64,000 nt of DNA from positions 124,732-188,731 of the IMG/VR virus record IMGVR_UViG_3300037512_000782; one strand, 5' to 3'. Source of the stretch: a virus. Lineage: Duplodnaviria; Heunggongvirae; Uroviricota; Caudoviricetes. The position numbers were made by a program, and so were the translations under genes. How positions within the stretch are numbered: position 1 is the first letter of the stretch; each line of letters begins with the position of its first letter. Below, piece after piece: positions 10,624-21,491 of this stretch. The notes beneath the pieces are model-generated. The model worked only from the letters and a program-made list of their open reading frames with translations. It did no database searches and was not told where the DNA came from.

Positions 10624-13600
10624 ATGAAGACTGTAATTACCAACAATGGCTTGAACATTATGAACCAGACCCGCGCTGACGGGACGGTTCAGTACTGGAT
10701 TGGTTACTTTGGTCTGGCGTATGTGCCCGACGAGAACCGTGTATCCGAAAGCAATGACGCGCCGCTGGATCCTCTCAGCGCCGACATGACCGAGCTTACG
10801 AAGACTGGCGACGTGATTTACAACTTGTTCCAAGGGGCTATGACTCCGGTTGGACTTGACACCGATATCGGTGAGTCTGCCGCATACAATCTGTTCAACG
10901 AGTGCATGTACACCGGAAGCGTCATCAGCAAGTTCCGTTATGTTCTTGACCCAGAGACTGGCGCAAACAAGCTGATCGTTCTCGAATCGGTCAACGAGGA
11001 TGGCCGCCCGGTCGAAGGCGATGACATCCCTTACGGTCTCCAGAAGTATTCTGAGTATTTTGGCGTCGGAGCAAAGGATGAGGAAAATTCCGTTGTGGAG
11101 CAATCCGAACTTCCGATCCCGGCTCCTCTGTATTATCGTGGCGAACCAGTCGCTTGGGACGCTGGCGTCACCTTTAATGACACCGTGTCTTCCGATACTC
11201 GTATCATCAGCAAGTCTCCGAACTGGGATTCTGGCGACAAGTACAGCTGGAACGCAAGCAAGGACTTTACTTACGGCTCTCCAGAAGACAGCTACCATTA
11301 TCTGACATCGTTTGAACAAGCGCAGAGCGTTTCCAACTTCAACCGTTTTCATGCTGGCGCAAACGTGTCTGGTTATGCCGTTGACTATGAACCAGCATGC
11401 CGTAACTTGGCCTTCGCTACCAAGCTGTTCCCGATTTCTCATTACGACGTTATCAGCACGACCGACGACGAGCACGTAGCTAACGTGAAGTACACTGTCG
11501 AAGTCGACCTTGACGAAGTGTTCTCCAAGATCACTCGCCAGTCTACCGCTTATTTTGAAGATGGCCAGAAGCTTGACCCAGTCACTGACAAGGACAAGCT
11601 GGCCAAGTACAAGCTTGGTTTTAAATTTAACCGTATCGGTCTCTATGCCGTTCCGGTAACTCTGCATGCCTACAATTCTAATACCGCTGACAACCAGAGC
11701 AAGAATAAGTACAACATCCAGATGCAGATTGCTGGCAACAGCAAGCCTCGTCTCTTCGCAGTTCGCGACTTGTCTGCTCCGATCGTCTTGAGCGAAGACG
11801 GTATGCACAAGTGCGTATTCAACTTCCAGCTTAACGTTTCCGATACTGGTATCGTAGACGAATCTGGCATTTACTACAATTTGTACGAAAGCGATGCAAT
11901 TACTTGGTACAAGAACCAGCTGATTGCCAACGCTAGCGCAGCTGAAGCTGTGACGACCCTTGGTGTCGAGATTAACTACTTGCGTCAGCAGATTGCCGAC
12001 ATGTCTGGCGAAAATACCGCATGCGGTGTCGGTGACGATGGCGACCGTTATGCCCTCGAAGGACATACGCATAACTATATGAAGAACATCGTGGACTCCA
12101 CGAAGCTCGGTAATGGTGCTGTGCGTGGTATCGACACGATTGCAGAGTCGACTCCGTTGAAGATTTATCAAGTCAATGGGCGTGGCATATACAAGGATGA
12201 ACATGGTGTTCCGCATTTCACCGATGATGATTCCGTAGTTCCGTTGATGATTGACGCTAGCACGTCTATTGTCGGTGATGAATCGATGAATCTTGGTAAG
12301 GACAGTGCTACACTGGGCGCACGTTCGATTAACATGTCGAACTATGGTATTCTGGGCAAGGATACTTACAGCACCCTTTTAATGGGTGGTCGTGGTAAGA
12401 CTACTTGGAGTGATGTTGATGATAGCCACTTGGCGGTCAAGGATGGCCACAATAGCATAATCAATGTCGATCGCGGCGAATTTTCACGCATAGTCGGTAG
12501 TATTTGGGTAGGCGGCGATTCTCCTGTATATGTCGCTGGCGGTGCTCAACATACGCTTGGCATAGGTCACATTGACTTAGCCGATTTTGATGCCGATACG
12601 CTTGGTATTGAACAGAAACTTGGCAATTCGCTATATGGCAATGTCAATAGTTCCGCCTTGATTGGCCGTAATAAGGTGTATTCCACCGCATACCAGTTGA
12701 TTATTGCTGGTGAAGGGGAGTCTGGAAGCATGCAGACGATTGGTCGCTATGACGTATTGTCTGATATGAACGCAGCATACATGACGGCAGAGAACGCATC
12801 GTCTTCGACTCTTGATCAAGACATATTCTCGTCAGTACGCGCACAGACGAATTCTATCGTGAGTGTCGGTGCTAAGAATAAATTTATGCGCAATCTCCAC
12901 CACATGGTCGTCGCTGGCGATGAAAACAACGTATTGTCCGGTTCTATGAATGGCATCTTAATAGGTAGCCGCATCAATAAGGCGGAAACTTACTTTAAGC
13001 CAAAGATCGTGATGTCTGTAGATGAATTTAGTGAACGATACGGCACGACAGAGCCTTATGCAGACGATGACCCAGTCCGTCAATGCACTGGCAATGGCGA
13101 CATCGTTCTTGTCGGTAGCGGTGAACTCAAGTTGCCGGATGGTGAAGGTAATGTTCTGACTCGTAATGTGAAGGGCGTAACTCTGTATCTGAATTATATC
13201 AACGAGAAATGGTCTAAGCCGATGACGGTCGGTACTGCCAGCGAAGGTGACTTGGTGTATCTTGGTAAGACGCCGGAATATTACGCTGACTTGTACACTA
13301 CTGGCGGACATACTAAGAACATGTTGATGCTTGGCGACGATACCAATACTGGTTACGGAAGCCATAGCAGTATCGTAATGGGTGATTATTCTGGTACTCG
13401 CAAGATTACGTTGAAGAATTCGTTCGTTAACTTCATGGGCGATACTACAGCATACGAACATAATGCGACCGAAGGCCCGTGCATGAACTTCGAAAACGTG
13501 TGGTGGATTGGCGCTGCCAATACGAATGGTAATAATAACGGTGATAGTTCCATCGCGTCTAGTACTACTGGCCACGTAGTTGGTGCTCTAGCCGAATCGT

Positions 13601-15630
13601 TCGCAGATTCTGTTGGCTATACGGAATATGCTCGCAATAAGATGACGTATCGAGATGCGTTTGTCTTTAGGGGCGACCATCCGTATGCGTACGCCCATGG
13701 CTACTGGTATGATGCGTTGGATTCTTGGCGTAATTTTGACCGTTGTGACAACACGGAAGACTTTACCTTTGCAACGGATGCCTTCTATCAACCAGTACAT
13801 GCTCCGATGATCTATACTGGTGGTTTGGCGCTTGGTGGCTACGGTACGAACGACTGTAATTTTATGCTGTTGAAGGTCGGTACATCTGAATCTGGCCAGT
13901 TTGATACGCCGATTACTGGAAACGGTGCTTATACTGGTGCAAGTATGATGCGAGCTACAAACAGCATTGGTGATTACGCCGCGATTTTACGTAGTACGAA
14001 TCCGCACGGCCCTTGGGAAAGTGCGACAAAGTCGTACATCTATTCACCGCGTCAGGTGGTTGAAACACTCGAAACGATTCCGGCATCTTATACGCTGACA
14101 ATACCTAGCGATCATGTATTTGATAGTGATTCGCTGGTCATGAGCATGTCTCTCGATAGTACCAAGATGAGTAACCAGGTGGCAACTCTTGATACTACCA
14201 CGAATAAGGTTACGGTGACACCGACTAATATGTCACTTGCATATCCTGGTATCATAGAATTTTATCCAATAGTTGATGACTTCGGTGATGTAGAGTTTGC
14301 CGCTGGCGAAACTACATTGACCTATCAGGTGCCTAGTAAGACGGTTGATACTGGCAATCCTAATTTGCGTATGTGGGATAACAAGTTGACAACGGATTTA
14401 GCCCATACTGCGATGGTTGCTACCGTGGATGGCGTTGACTATCCGTTCACAATAGATAACGTAAATACGACGGACGATACAATCACTGGCCATATCGACA
14501 CTCCGTTCACGAAGTCGGTGACAGTACGTGTTTGGTTCCCTCGTCTATATCGTGCATTTTACGACACGGATGACTACTCCGCTCCAGTACAAATCCAGAT
14601 GCCGACTCAATATGCACCGTACACATTGCGAGGAAATGCCTACTTCGAACCGCAGTATAAAGAAACCATGACGATTACTAGCGTAAGCGGTAATTCGGTG
14701 ACTGGTACTGTTGCTAGTGCGATTGCATATAAAGGCACGATTAAGGTCGAATATAATGGCTATTCAGAGAATGGAAAGAACTTGTACAATGTCCATAACA
14801 CTTACGACATCGACGGCAAGTCATATACGGTTGATCACTTCATGGTGGATTCTCCGTATTCCGGTATGGTGCTTATGGTGCAAGACAAGCAAGAACTGGA
14901 CGGTACGCTTCATGTTGGCCTTGGTCGCGTAAGTGGTCAATCGGTGTATGGTAACAAGAAGTACGTTAGTATCAAGAGCAGTTACGTTGCGACGGCTAAT
15001 GGATACACGTTGACTGTATCGGGTGCTGAGAATGGTACATTGACTATTCCTTGTCTGTATGACAAAGATACGCAGAATCTTAACGAAGATATTGCCGTGC
15101 CAGCGGTTACTTTGGGCGGCTTTAAGCTTGAATCTACTATTCACTTCACTCAACAAGGCAATTCCGGAACGAAGCCAGAAGCTGGTAATACTAACCCGAT
15201 TGTATGTACTCTGAAGTCGACACACTTCTATGTGAATTTGGACTATGGCTATATGGTAAGTATGTACAGCGAAACGTCGGGTACATCTAACGTAAACTTC
15301 GACAAAGCCAACAACTACATTTGTGGTATGGGTGGCGGATCGTTGTGCCCGACGTACTTATACCTTGCCGATAGTACTATCCAAGACATGTATAGTAAGC
15401 TGGCGCATATTAAAGTTAAAAATGACCATTACGACATGTATTATTTCGAGACGACCCTTGTATCGTTGGCCCAGAGCCATTTGTACAAGATACTTCCGAT
15501 CGAATGGCGTAATAAATCTGGTGGTCTGATTACATACGGTGGGTATGGTTCATCTGGTACGGTCTATCCGTTCATGTACGAAGATTTGTACGGTGACGAG
15601 CTTGCCAGAATGGGCATCGTGCTTTCGTAA
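10624..15630 (+). CDS. Tail fibre / baseplate-attached receptor-binding protein
   Basis: N-terminal MKTVITNNGL resembles tail-collar fibre N-termini; very long and Gly/Asn/Thr-rich; follows the wedge genes. Confidence 0.55.
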   Translation: MKTVITNNGLNIMNQTRADGTVQYWIGYFGLAYVPDENRVSESNDAPLDPLSADMTELTKTGDVIYNLFQGAMTPVGLDTDIGESAAYNLFNECMYTGSVISKFRYVLDPETGANKLIVLESVNEDGRPVEGDDIPYGLQKYSEYFGVGAKDEENSVVEQSELPIPAPLYYRGEPVAWDAGVTFNDTVSSDTRIISKSPNWDSGDKYSWNASKDFTYGSPEDSYHYLTSFEQAQSVSNFNRFHAGANVSGYAVDYEPACRNLAFATKLFPISHYDVISTTDDEHVANVKYTVEVDLDEVFSKITRQSTAYFEDGQKLDPVTDKDKLAKYKLGFKFNRIGLYAVPVTLHAYNSNTADNQSKNKYNIQMQIAGNSKPRLFAVRDLSAPIVLSEDGMHKCVFNFQLNVSDTGIVDESGIYYNLYESDAITWYKNQLIANASAAEAVTTLGVEINYLRQQIADMSGENTACGVGDDGDRYALEGHTHNYMKNIVDSTKLGNGAVRGIDTIAESTPLKIYQVNGRGIYKDEHGVPHFTDDDSVVPLMIDASTSIVGDESMNLGKDSATLGARSINMSNYGILGKDTYSTLLMGGRGKTTWSDVDDSHLAVKDGHNSIINVDRGEFSRIVGSIWVGGDSPVYVAGGAQHTLGIGHIDLADFDADTLGIEQKLGNSLYGNVNSSALIGRNKVYSTAYQLIIAGEGESGSMQTIGRYDVLSDMNAAYMTAENASSSTLDQDIFSSVRAQTNSIVSVGAKNKFMRNLHHMVVAGDENNVLSGSMNGILIGSRINKAETYFKPKIVMSVDEFSERYGTTEPYADDDPVRQCTGNGDIVLVGSGELKLPDGEGNVLTRNVKGVTLYLNYINEKWSKPMTVGTASEGDLVYLGKTPEYYADLYTTGGHTKNMLMLGDDTNTGYGSHSSIVMGDYSGTRKITLKNSFVNFMGDTTAYEHNATEGPCMNFENVWWIGAANTNGNNNGDSSIASSTTGHVVGALAESFADSVGYTEYARNKMTYRDAFVFRGDHPYAYAHGYWYDALDSWRNFDRCDNTEDFTFATDAFYQPVHAPMIYTGGLALGGYGTNDCNFMLLKVGTSESGQFDTPITGNGAYTGASMMRATNSIGDYAAILRSTNPHGPWESATKSYIYSPRQVVETLETIPASYTLTIPSDHVFDSDSLVMSMSLDSTKMSNQVATLDTTTNKVTVTPTNMSLAYPGIIEFYPIVDDFGDVEFAAGETTLTYQVPSKTVDTGNPNLRMWDNKLTTDLAHTAMVATVDGVDYPFTIDNVNTTDDTITGHIDTPFTKSVTVRVWFPRLYRAFYDTDDYSAPVQIQMPTQYAPYTLRGNAYFEPQYKETMTITSVSGNSVTGTVASAIAYKGTIKVEYNGYSENGKNLYNVHNTYDIDGKSYTVDHFMVDSPYSGMVLMVQDKQELDGTLHVGLGRVSGQSVYGNKKYVSIKSSYVATANGYTLTVSGAENGTLTIPCLYDKDTQNLNEDIAVPAVTLGGFKLESTIHFTQQGNSGTKPEAGNTNPIVCTLKSTHFYVNLDYGYMVSMYSETSGTSNVNFDKANNYICGMGGGSLCPTYLYLADSTIQDMYSKLAHIKVKNDHYDMYYFETTLVSLAQSHLYKILPIEWRNKSGGLITYGGYGSSGTVYPFMYEDLYGDELARMGIVLS

Positions 15631-15676
15631 GAATGAAGTAATTTAACATTTGAAAATCAATAAAAGGAATCAAACG

Positions 15677-16204
15677 ATGAAAATTTCACGTCGTAAGGTT
15701 ATCGATCTCGGCTTTGTCCTTATTCAAGCCGAAAAACTGTTCAAGGCTCCGATGGTGGGCAAGTTCTGCTATGCCGTCATGAAGAACCGCGAAATGGCCA
15801 AGGAAGAGTACAAGCTCTCTATGGAGGCTAACCCGTATCCGCCGCAGTGGGAAGAATACGAGAACAAGCGTATTGCCATCCTCAACGAAGTCGGCGAATC
15901 CGTGGTGGCAGGCTTCAGCAAGCTTCCTCATCAAGAGCGCGACCGTATCTTGAACTCTCCGGATCCGAACGTCATGCCAGTCGACAAGCGCGAGCTCTTA
16001 ATATCTCGCGTCAACGAACTCCGTGAACAGAACAAGGAACTCTTGGACGAAGTGACTGCCATTGACCAGCGCCGTGAGGAATTCCTTGACGAGGAAGACG
16101 ACTTTGTCATCAAGACCGTCAAGCTCTCCGAAGTCCCAGAAATTATCAACGGAAACGGCATCCAGATCATGGCCGCCCTTGACCCGATGATCGTCGAGGA
16201 CTAA
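15677..16204 (+). CDS. Hypothetical charged helical protein (possible fibre chaperone)
   Basis: AAGGA SD before ATG 15677; phage-like codon usage; directly after the fibre gene. Confidence 0.55.
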   Translation: MKISRRKVIDLGFVLIQAEKLFKAPMVGKFCYAVMKNREMAKEEYKLSMEANPYPPQWEEYENKRIAILNEVGESVVAGFSKLPHQERDRILNSPDPNVMPVDKRELLISRVNELREQNKELLDEVTAIDQRREEFLDEEDDFVIKTVKLSEVPEIINGNGIQIMAALDPMIVED

Positions 16205-17334
16205 TGGCTACACTCAGCGGTTGTCTGGTTGTCCGTAATGGAAAGAAAAGCGTCGTGAGGTGTCTCGACGCTTTACTTCCGCTTGTGAACGAGTATGTAA
16301 TTATCGATACTGGTTCCAAGGACGGTACGCTGGAGCTTATCAAGGGTTGGGCATCAAGACATCCGAACTCTCGCATCGTTCTTGTCAACGTTGGGCGCAA
16401 GTTCCACGATGACGACGGCATATTCGACTTCGGTGCGGCGAAGAACTACGCAATATCGAGGGCGACATGTGATTACGTCATGTGGATCGACGTCAACGAC
16501 GAGATACTGAAGCCTCGCGAGGTTCGCTTGGCCTTTGACAAGATAACCCGCAAGATGCCGCATGCTTGCATCACGATGCTTACCGAAGTCGATCCTTCGT
16601 TCGCGTTCCCTCGCGTCCGTATCGCTCCGAGGACTACGGCCAAGTTCATTGGCTCTATCCATGAGTATATGGTCAACGAGGATCCGCAGAATACCATCGT
16701 GACGACTCGCTTCCGCATCCGCAATGTCAAGACTTGCCGTGACATCGCTCGAAACGTCAAGAGCCTCATGAAGGAATGGCGCAAGGAGCACACGCAGCGT
16801 ATTGCCTTCTACCTCGGCAACTCCGCTCGCGACATGAACGACTTCTTCACCGCGCTGGACTGGTACATCATCACCGTGGACGAGTTCCCTACCTTTACGA
16901 ACGAGGAAAGGGCGAAGGCCATGGAGGCGATTTGCGACATAGCGCTACGAGAGAACTTGCTCGATCTCCTTGACGAGCGCTCGATGATGTTCATTAACGA
17001 GCTCCCAGACCGTCCGGAAGGTTATTACTACCGTGCTAAATACCAGTACGCTAGGAAGAACTATCCGAAGGTGGTCAAGGCGCTTGAACAGGTGATGAAG
17101 CTGAATACGCGAGTCCGTCCGACCCACATGTGGATAAATGCCGAAATCTACGACCGTCACCAGCAGCTGGAAATGTTGAAGGAAGCCCAGTTGAAGGCCG
17201 AGTACAGCAACATGTCACCGATAGCCCCTTGCATAGAGGATGCGTCGGTCGTGATGCCTAACGGTCAGTACGTGGGCCGCATGAACAGTGCGTTCGGCGA
17301 CTTCGGTATTCCGGCATATCAATATACCAACTAG
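16204..17334 (+). CDS. Glycosyltransferase family 2 with TPR-like C-terminus
   Basis: YVIIDTGSKDGT, FDFGAAKNYAISRATCDYVMWID, IHEY motifs; helical repeat C-terminus. Confidence 0.8.
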   Translation: MATLSGCLVVRNGKKSVVRCLDALLPLVNEYVIIDTGSKDGTLELIKGWASRHPNSRIVLVNVGRKFHDDDGIFDFGAAKNYAISRATCDYVMWIDVNDEILKPREVRLAFDKITRKMPHACITMLTEVDPSFAFPRVRIAPRTTAKFIGSIHEYMVNEDPQNTIVTTRFRIRNVKTCRDIARNVKSLMKEWRKEHTQRIAFYLGNSARDMNDFFTALDWYIITVDEFPTFTNEERAKAMEAICDIALRENLLDLLDERSMMFINELPDRPEGYYYRAKYQYARKNYPKVVKALEQVMKLNTRVRPTHMWINAEIYDRHQQLEMLKEAQLKAEYSNMSPIAPCIEDASVVMPNGQYVGRMNSAFGDFGIPAYQYTN

Positions 17335-17342
17335 GCGTATAT

Positions 17343-17672
17343 ATGGCTACTACAAGGGAATTTCTCAACGCCATCATGTTTTCTGGCATGCTGAACTGTC
17401 TCTCAGCAGCTCGTGCTGACAGCTACTTGCGCCAAGCGGCGCGGAATGTGCCGAAGTACGTGTACAAGTTCGTCAAGGTTGTCGGCACTCCACCGACTGC
17501 GGCGCACACGCGCATCGTCGCTACCGAACGGTACGAGCTTGATAAGGTAGGCAAGTACACCGTCCTCCACTGTATCGAAAGCCAGATGAGGGCGACCGCC
17601 AATCTACCTAAATGCAAGGCGGAGCCGATGCTGAAGTATGCGATTGACGAGTACGAGAAAGAGCACAAATAA
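17343..17672 (+). CDS. Hypothetical protein
   Basis: In-operon ORF followed by a terminator. Confidence 0.55.
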   Translation: MATTREFLNAIMFSGMLNCLSAARADSYLRQAARNVPKYVYKFVKVVGTPPTAAHTRIVATERYELDKVGKYTVLHCIESQMRATANLPKCKAEPMLKYAIDEYEKEHK

Positions 17673-17675
17673 TTG

Positions 17676-17700
17676 AAATCCGGCGAACAGCCGGATTTTT
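17676..17700 (+). terminator. Rho-independent terminator
   Basis: AAATCCGGC-GAACA-GCCGGATTT hairpin plus T-run. Confidence 0.75.
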
Positions 17701-17714
17701 CAGTCCCTAAGAAC

Positions 17715-17723
17715 TGATAAACT
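17715..17723 (+). promoter_or_regulatory. Putative late promoter TGATAAACT
   Basis: Directly after a terminator, before the adhesin-like gene. Confidence 0.6.
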
Positions 17724-17747
17724 AGAAGCAAACTGTTTTGGACGCTT

Positions 17748-20700
17748 ATGAATAACCTACACGAATTGACAAAGCAGCTCGACGTGTTGACGTGGAACTC
17801 CAGAAGTGTATTGAATGCGCTGATCCGTTCGGCCATGTCCGCTGGTTCCAGCAAGGGATTTACGGTCACACGCGCTGGCGATCGGCTGGTTCTCGACAAG
17901 GACGATATCTACCGTATCTACCATTTCTACGAAGCGTGGGAAGCCGCCGGGTTCCCTAACGACCCGACTACATTTAACGAACTGCTTGCTGAAGAAAATG
18001 CGTGTTATGGTGACGGCGAACCCGTCACGGAAGCGCTTGTTAAGCATGCCAAGACGGTATGGATGGACTCTACGAATAAGGGCAGCTCTAACGAGGACTG
18101 GCTGGCTCGCATCTACAACGTGGAGAATCCGAAATGGTTTACTAACACTGCGCCTATTCCGCTGAACATCCGTACTCCGATCTATGACGAGAACTTGTCT
18201 ACCAAGACATACGACTCCTACGAGACGTACTTGTTCCCAAGCGGATACTACTCCATCGACACGCTCGGTTATATCGGCGACGGAACGACGCACACGGCTG
18301 GCGGCAAGAACTGGACGTTCGACGTTACGGACGTGTTCCGCGTATCGTCCGACCGCGCTCTGTTCGGCATCCAAGACAATGACAAGATTGCCGTTCGTGA
18401 AAGCTTGTACAATCCGTACAAGTTGAAGTATGCGTTCGAAGGCGGTACGAATTGCTTTGCGTATGACAGGGATACATTCTCCTACGGCTACAACAACCAG
18501 ACCAACGGCGAACGTAGCGCAATCCTTGGCGGCGGAAACAACATTACTTGTGTGCCTGGTTCTGCGATTATTGGCGGAACTAGTAATGCTATCGCTGGCA
18601 ATTATTCCGTAATTGCTGGCGGTGTCGGAAACGATATCGGTAGTACGAGCAACGGCTTTACTGCAAACACCTACAACAATTTAGGTGGCTATAGCTATCG
18701 CTTCTCTCGTAAGATTACTGGAAGTTCGACGGAAACAATGTGTAGTCCGACATATACGCCGGAAGGTTCCAACTGTATTTATACGTTGGCTACGATTGGC
18801 AGTGCTGGCTCTCCGCAGAGCACTGTGCTTGGCCTTAACCAGATTTATATCACGGATGAAACCGTAGAACAGTCTGGTATGGCTACTGACGTAATCAGCT
18901 ATGGCTATGACACTCCGATGACTGGTGTATTCGACTTCAAGGTTAACGACAACGTATACATATATGCAGTGACTGTTGAGAATTCCGAGAATAAGGCTTG
19001 CAAGGTCGTAAGCGCACATGTCACTAATATCGAAAAGCATACTGATAAGGGCATCGTGGCATTTAGCGACTCGGCGAACGCGATCGGTTATGTTATTACG
19101 CTTGACAAGGACTTTACTGTAAATACGTTTACTGATTTGGGTAACAATACCATCCGATACGGATATATCTGTAGGTCAGCTGCCAACGATTATCCGTTGG
19201 TGATCTCGAATGGAATGTACCTACGTAGCTTCTCGTTGGATTCTTCCAACTGCGCTGCACTTGGTTACAACAACATTGCCGCTGGCCGTGCCCAAGTCGT
19301 TGTCGGTGCTTCCAACAGGGAACTTCTCCGTCCGAACTTCATCGTGGGTTCTGGCTCTTCTTACATCGGTGCCGAAGACTACCACCGCAACAACTCGTTT
19401 GTGTCTGGGCCTCATTACACCTACACTCGCGCTACTCACTATATCGTTAGCGGTGTATCGACCTATACGACGGCGTACATCCATGGCGATGACAGTTGGT
19501 CTGAGAATCGTATGTACGATGAAGATTACAATCTCGACAACGTAGAGAAGTACGCAGGTTTCTATGCTTACTGCCAGACCGCGACCAGCGAGGATGAAGG
19601 ATGTGCAGTATTGCGTGTGTATGACCAGAAGAGTACTCTCGCAATCGGCTGGAACGGTCTCGTATTGTATCAGCCGCTCTTGAAAGCCGCTGACAATCAG
19701 TCGCGCACTGTATGGAACGAATTGTACTGCCAAGAAGGTTCGATCGGTATTCATAGCGGTCATAACCTTGACCTTAAATCTGAACAGACCGAAGACAATA
19801 ACTGGATCGACTTCTACAACAACTATGTGCGCTACAGCTCTACGCCGGGTGAAGACCATACGGTTACCGTGTGGGCAAAGGACAAGGCTGGCGTTCACGG
19901 CAAGCACTTGATGCTCCATGCCAGCGAACACTCTGGCTACATCGACATCCAGTCACTGGCGTTGCGTATCCGTTCGAATACTCGTGAAGCATCGACTGCA
20001 CAGCCGACAGATCATAACATCGATCCGTTTACGCAGATGGGTAAGCGCGTTGACCTTATAAAGGATACTGGCCACGTTTATACGGACAAGGTGGGTTCTG
20101 GTCTTTCTATGTCCGATATCGATCTTGGCGACACTATGACCAATGCGTTCTATGGTGCGTTCCATGTGTTCTCCTCTAGCAAGCTGCTGTCTTACGACAG
20201 CTCGACAAGCAAGGGAACTTACGACGTCGCCCAGCTGTTGCTTCCGGGTGATCTTACGCCGAGCTGCACACGCGCTATTCGCGGCACCAAGTATCTGCCA
20301 CACCCGATTGTCATTGCAAACAAGGTTATTGCTACTGACCGTGGAGAAGGCAACAATTCTCGTGAAGCTAACAGTGCATACTTGTACGAAGAGCTTGCAT
20401 ATCGTTCCGATATCAAGGCGGTGACTTCGCAGATTATCGACAACGATGCTTCTCCGGCGTATGGCATCTATGTAGTAAAGAGCCGTCTTGATCCGAATCC
20501 GACAGTGACTGTACCGAGTTCATCTGTCTATGCACATGTGTCCGATTCGTTCTTGACTTCGCTTGAAGCTAATTCGAATAAATATCATACTACGGCCTCC
20601 CCAGTTGCGCCGAATAGTACAACCTCGTATTCCGGTAAGCTGATTAGACCGACGTCTTTTGGCGGTGTAGTCGATAGACAAACTGTCGTTGGCGATATCG

Positions 20701-21491
20701 TCGGAACACCAGAAATATTCTTGGACGGCGTCGCGCTTAATCCTGGGTTTAATATGGTGCGAGTTTCTGATGCTAACAAAACGGTTGGTATATCATATCT
20801 TGCCTTTGCACCACGAACACTTGCATCTGACTCCATCAGTACGATTTATGCGACTAACTTGAGCGCATCGACACCAATACGCTCCTTGTACACATCTAAG
20901 TTCAGCTCTGGTAGTACGACATTGCCAGTGAATGATTTGTGTGATGTGTGGGCAGTATCTGTCGATGGCAATACCGCTACTTGGAAGAAGTTGCTGAAAA
21001 ACTTCTTAGTTACGTACTCTGCTGGCCAGTTGACCGTTGAATTTACGATTTCTGGTTCTGCATTAACATCTGGAAAATTCATGCCATTAAAGTCTGGTGG
21101 CGCTGGAAATGGCGCTGTAGTCGATGACAGTGTAGATCCAGTTGCATTCAGAGGGTCTTCTAGTCAATCACAAGTGTTGACGATTCCGCTCGATGCCACT
21201 ATCGCGCATTCTCTGAACACCTTGATCAATCCAACAACGCAATCGTTTGCACAATTACATGGACGCGCATATTATACTGGTAATCAAAATGTATATGTTA
21301 CTGGTCATTTTGCACAGCAGATACAGGCGTTGCGTTATGATAGAACCCTCGTGGGAAATCTCAATGAGACTCTATATGGCCCATATCTGACAATCAATAT
21401 GGCTGGATGGACGCCGGGTTCTGGCACTTGGGATATTTCTGGTTCTGAATTCTATGTCTGCTTGGAAGGAGCTGTACAATATGCCAACTAA
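17748..21491 (+). CDS. Tail fibre/adhesin-like virion protein
   Basis: SAILGGGNN / SAIIGGTSN / SVIAGGVGN beta-roll repeats (YadA-head-like); late-promoter motif upstream. Confidence 0.55.
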   Translation: MNNLHELTKQLDVLTWNSRSVLNALIRSAMSAGSSKGFTVTRAGDRLVLDKDDIYRIYHFYEAWEAAGFPNDPTTFNELLAEENACYGDGEPVTEALVKHAKTVWMDSTNKGSSNEDWLARIYNVENPKWFTNTAPIPLNIRTPIYDENLSTKTYDSYETYLFPSGYYSIDTLGYIGDGTTHTAGGKNWTFDVTDVFRVSSDRALFGIQDNDKIAVRESLYNPYKLKYAFEGGTNCFAYDRDTFSYGYNNQTNGERSAILGGGNNITCVPGSAIIGGTSNAIAGNYSVIAGGVGNDIGSTSNGFTANTYNNLGGYSYRFSRKITGSSTETMCSPTYTPEGSNCIYTLATIGSAGSPQSTVLGLNQIYITDETVEQSGMATDVISYGYDTPMTGVFDFKVNDNVYIYAVTVENSENKACKVVSAHVTNIEKHTDKGIVAFSDSANAIGYVITLDKDFTVNTFTDLGNNTIRYGYICRSAANDYPLVISNGMYLRSFSLDSSNCAALGYNNIAAGRAQVVVGASNRELLRPNFIVGSGSSYIGAEDYHRNNSFVSGPHYTYTRATHYIVSGVSTYTTAYIHGDDSWSENRMYDEDYNLDNVEKYAGFYAYCQTATSEDEGCAVLRVYDQKSTLAIGWNGLVLYQPLLKAADNQSRTVWNELYCQEGSIGIHSGHNLDLKSEQTEDNNWIDFYNNYVRYSSTPGEDHTVTVWAKDKAGVHGKHLMLHASEHSGYIDIQSLALRIRSNTREASTAQPTDHNIDPFTQMGKRVDLIKDTGHVYTDKVGSGLSMSDIDLGDTMTNAFYGAFHVFSSSKLLSYDSSTSKGTYDVAQLLLPGDLTPSCTRAIRGTKYLPHPIVIANKVIATDRGEGNNSREANSAYLYEELAYRSDIKAVTSQIIDNDASPAYGIYVVKSRLDPNPTVTVPSSSVYAHVSDSFLTSLEANSNKYHTTASPVAPNSTTSYSGKLIRPTSFGGVVDRQTVVGDIVGTPEIFLDGVALNPGFNMVRVSDANKTVGISYLAFAPRTLASDSISTIYATNLSASTPIRSLYTSKFSSGSTTLPVNDLCDVWAVSVDGNTATWKKLLKNFLVTYSAGQLTVEFTISGSALTSGKFMPLKSGGAGNGAVVDDSVDPVAFRGSSSQSQVLTIPLDATIAHSLNTLINPTTQSFAQLHGRAYYTGNQNVYVTGHFAQQIQALRYDRTLVGNLNETLYGPYLTINMAGWTPGSGTWDISGSEFYVCLEGAVQYAN

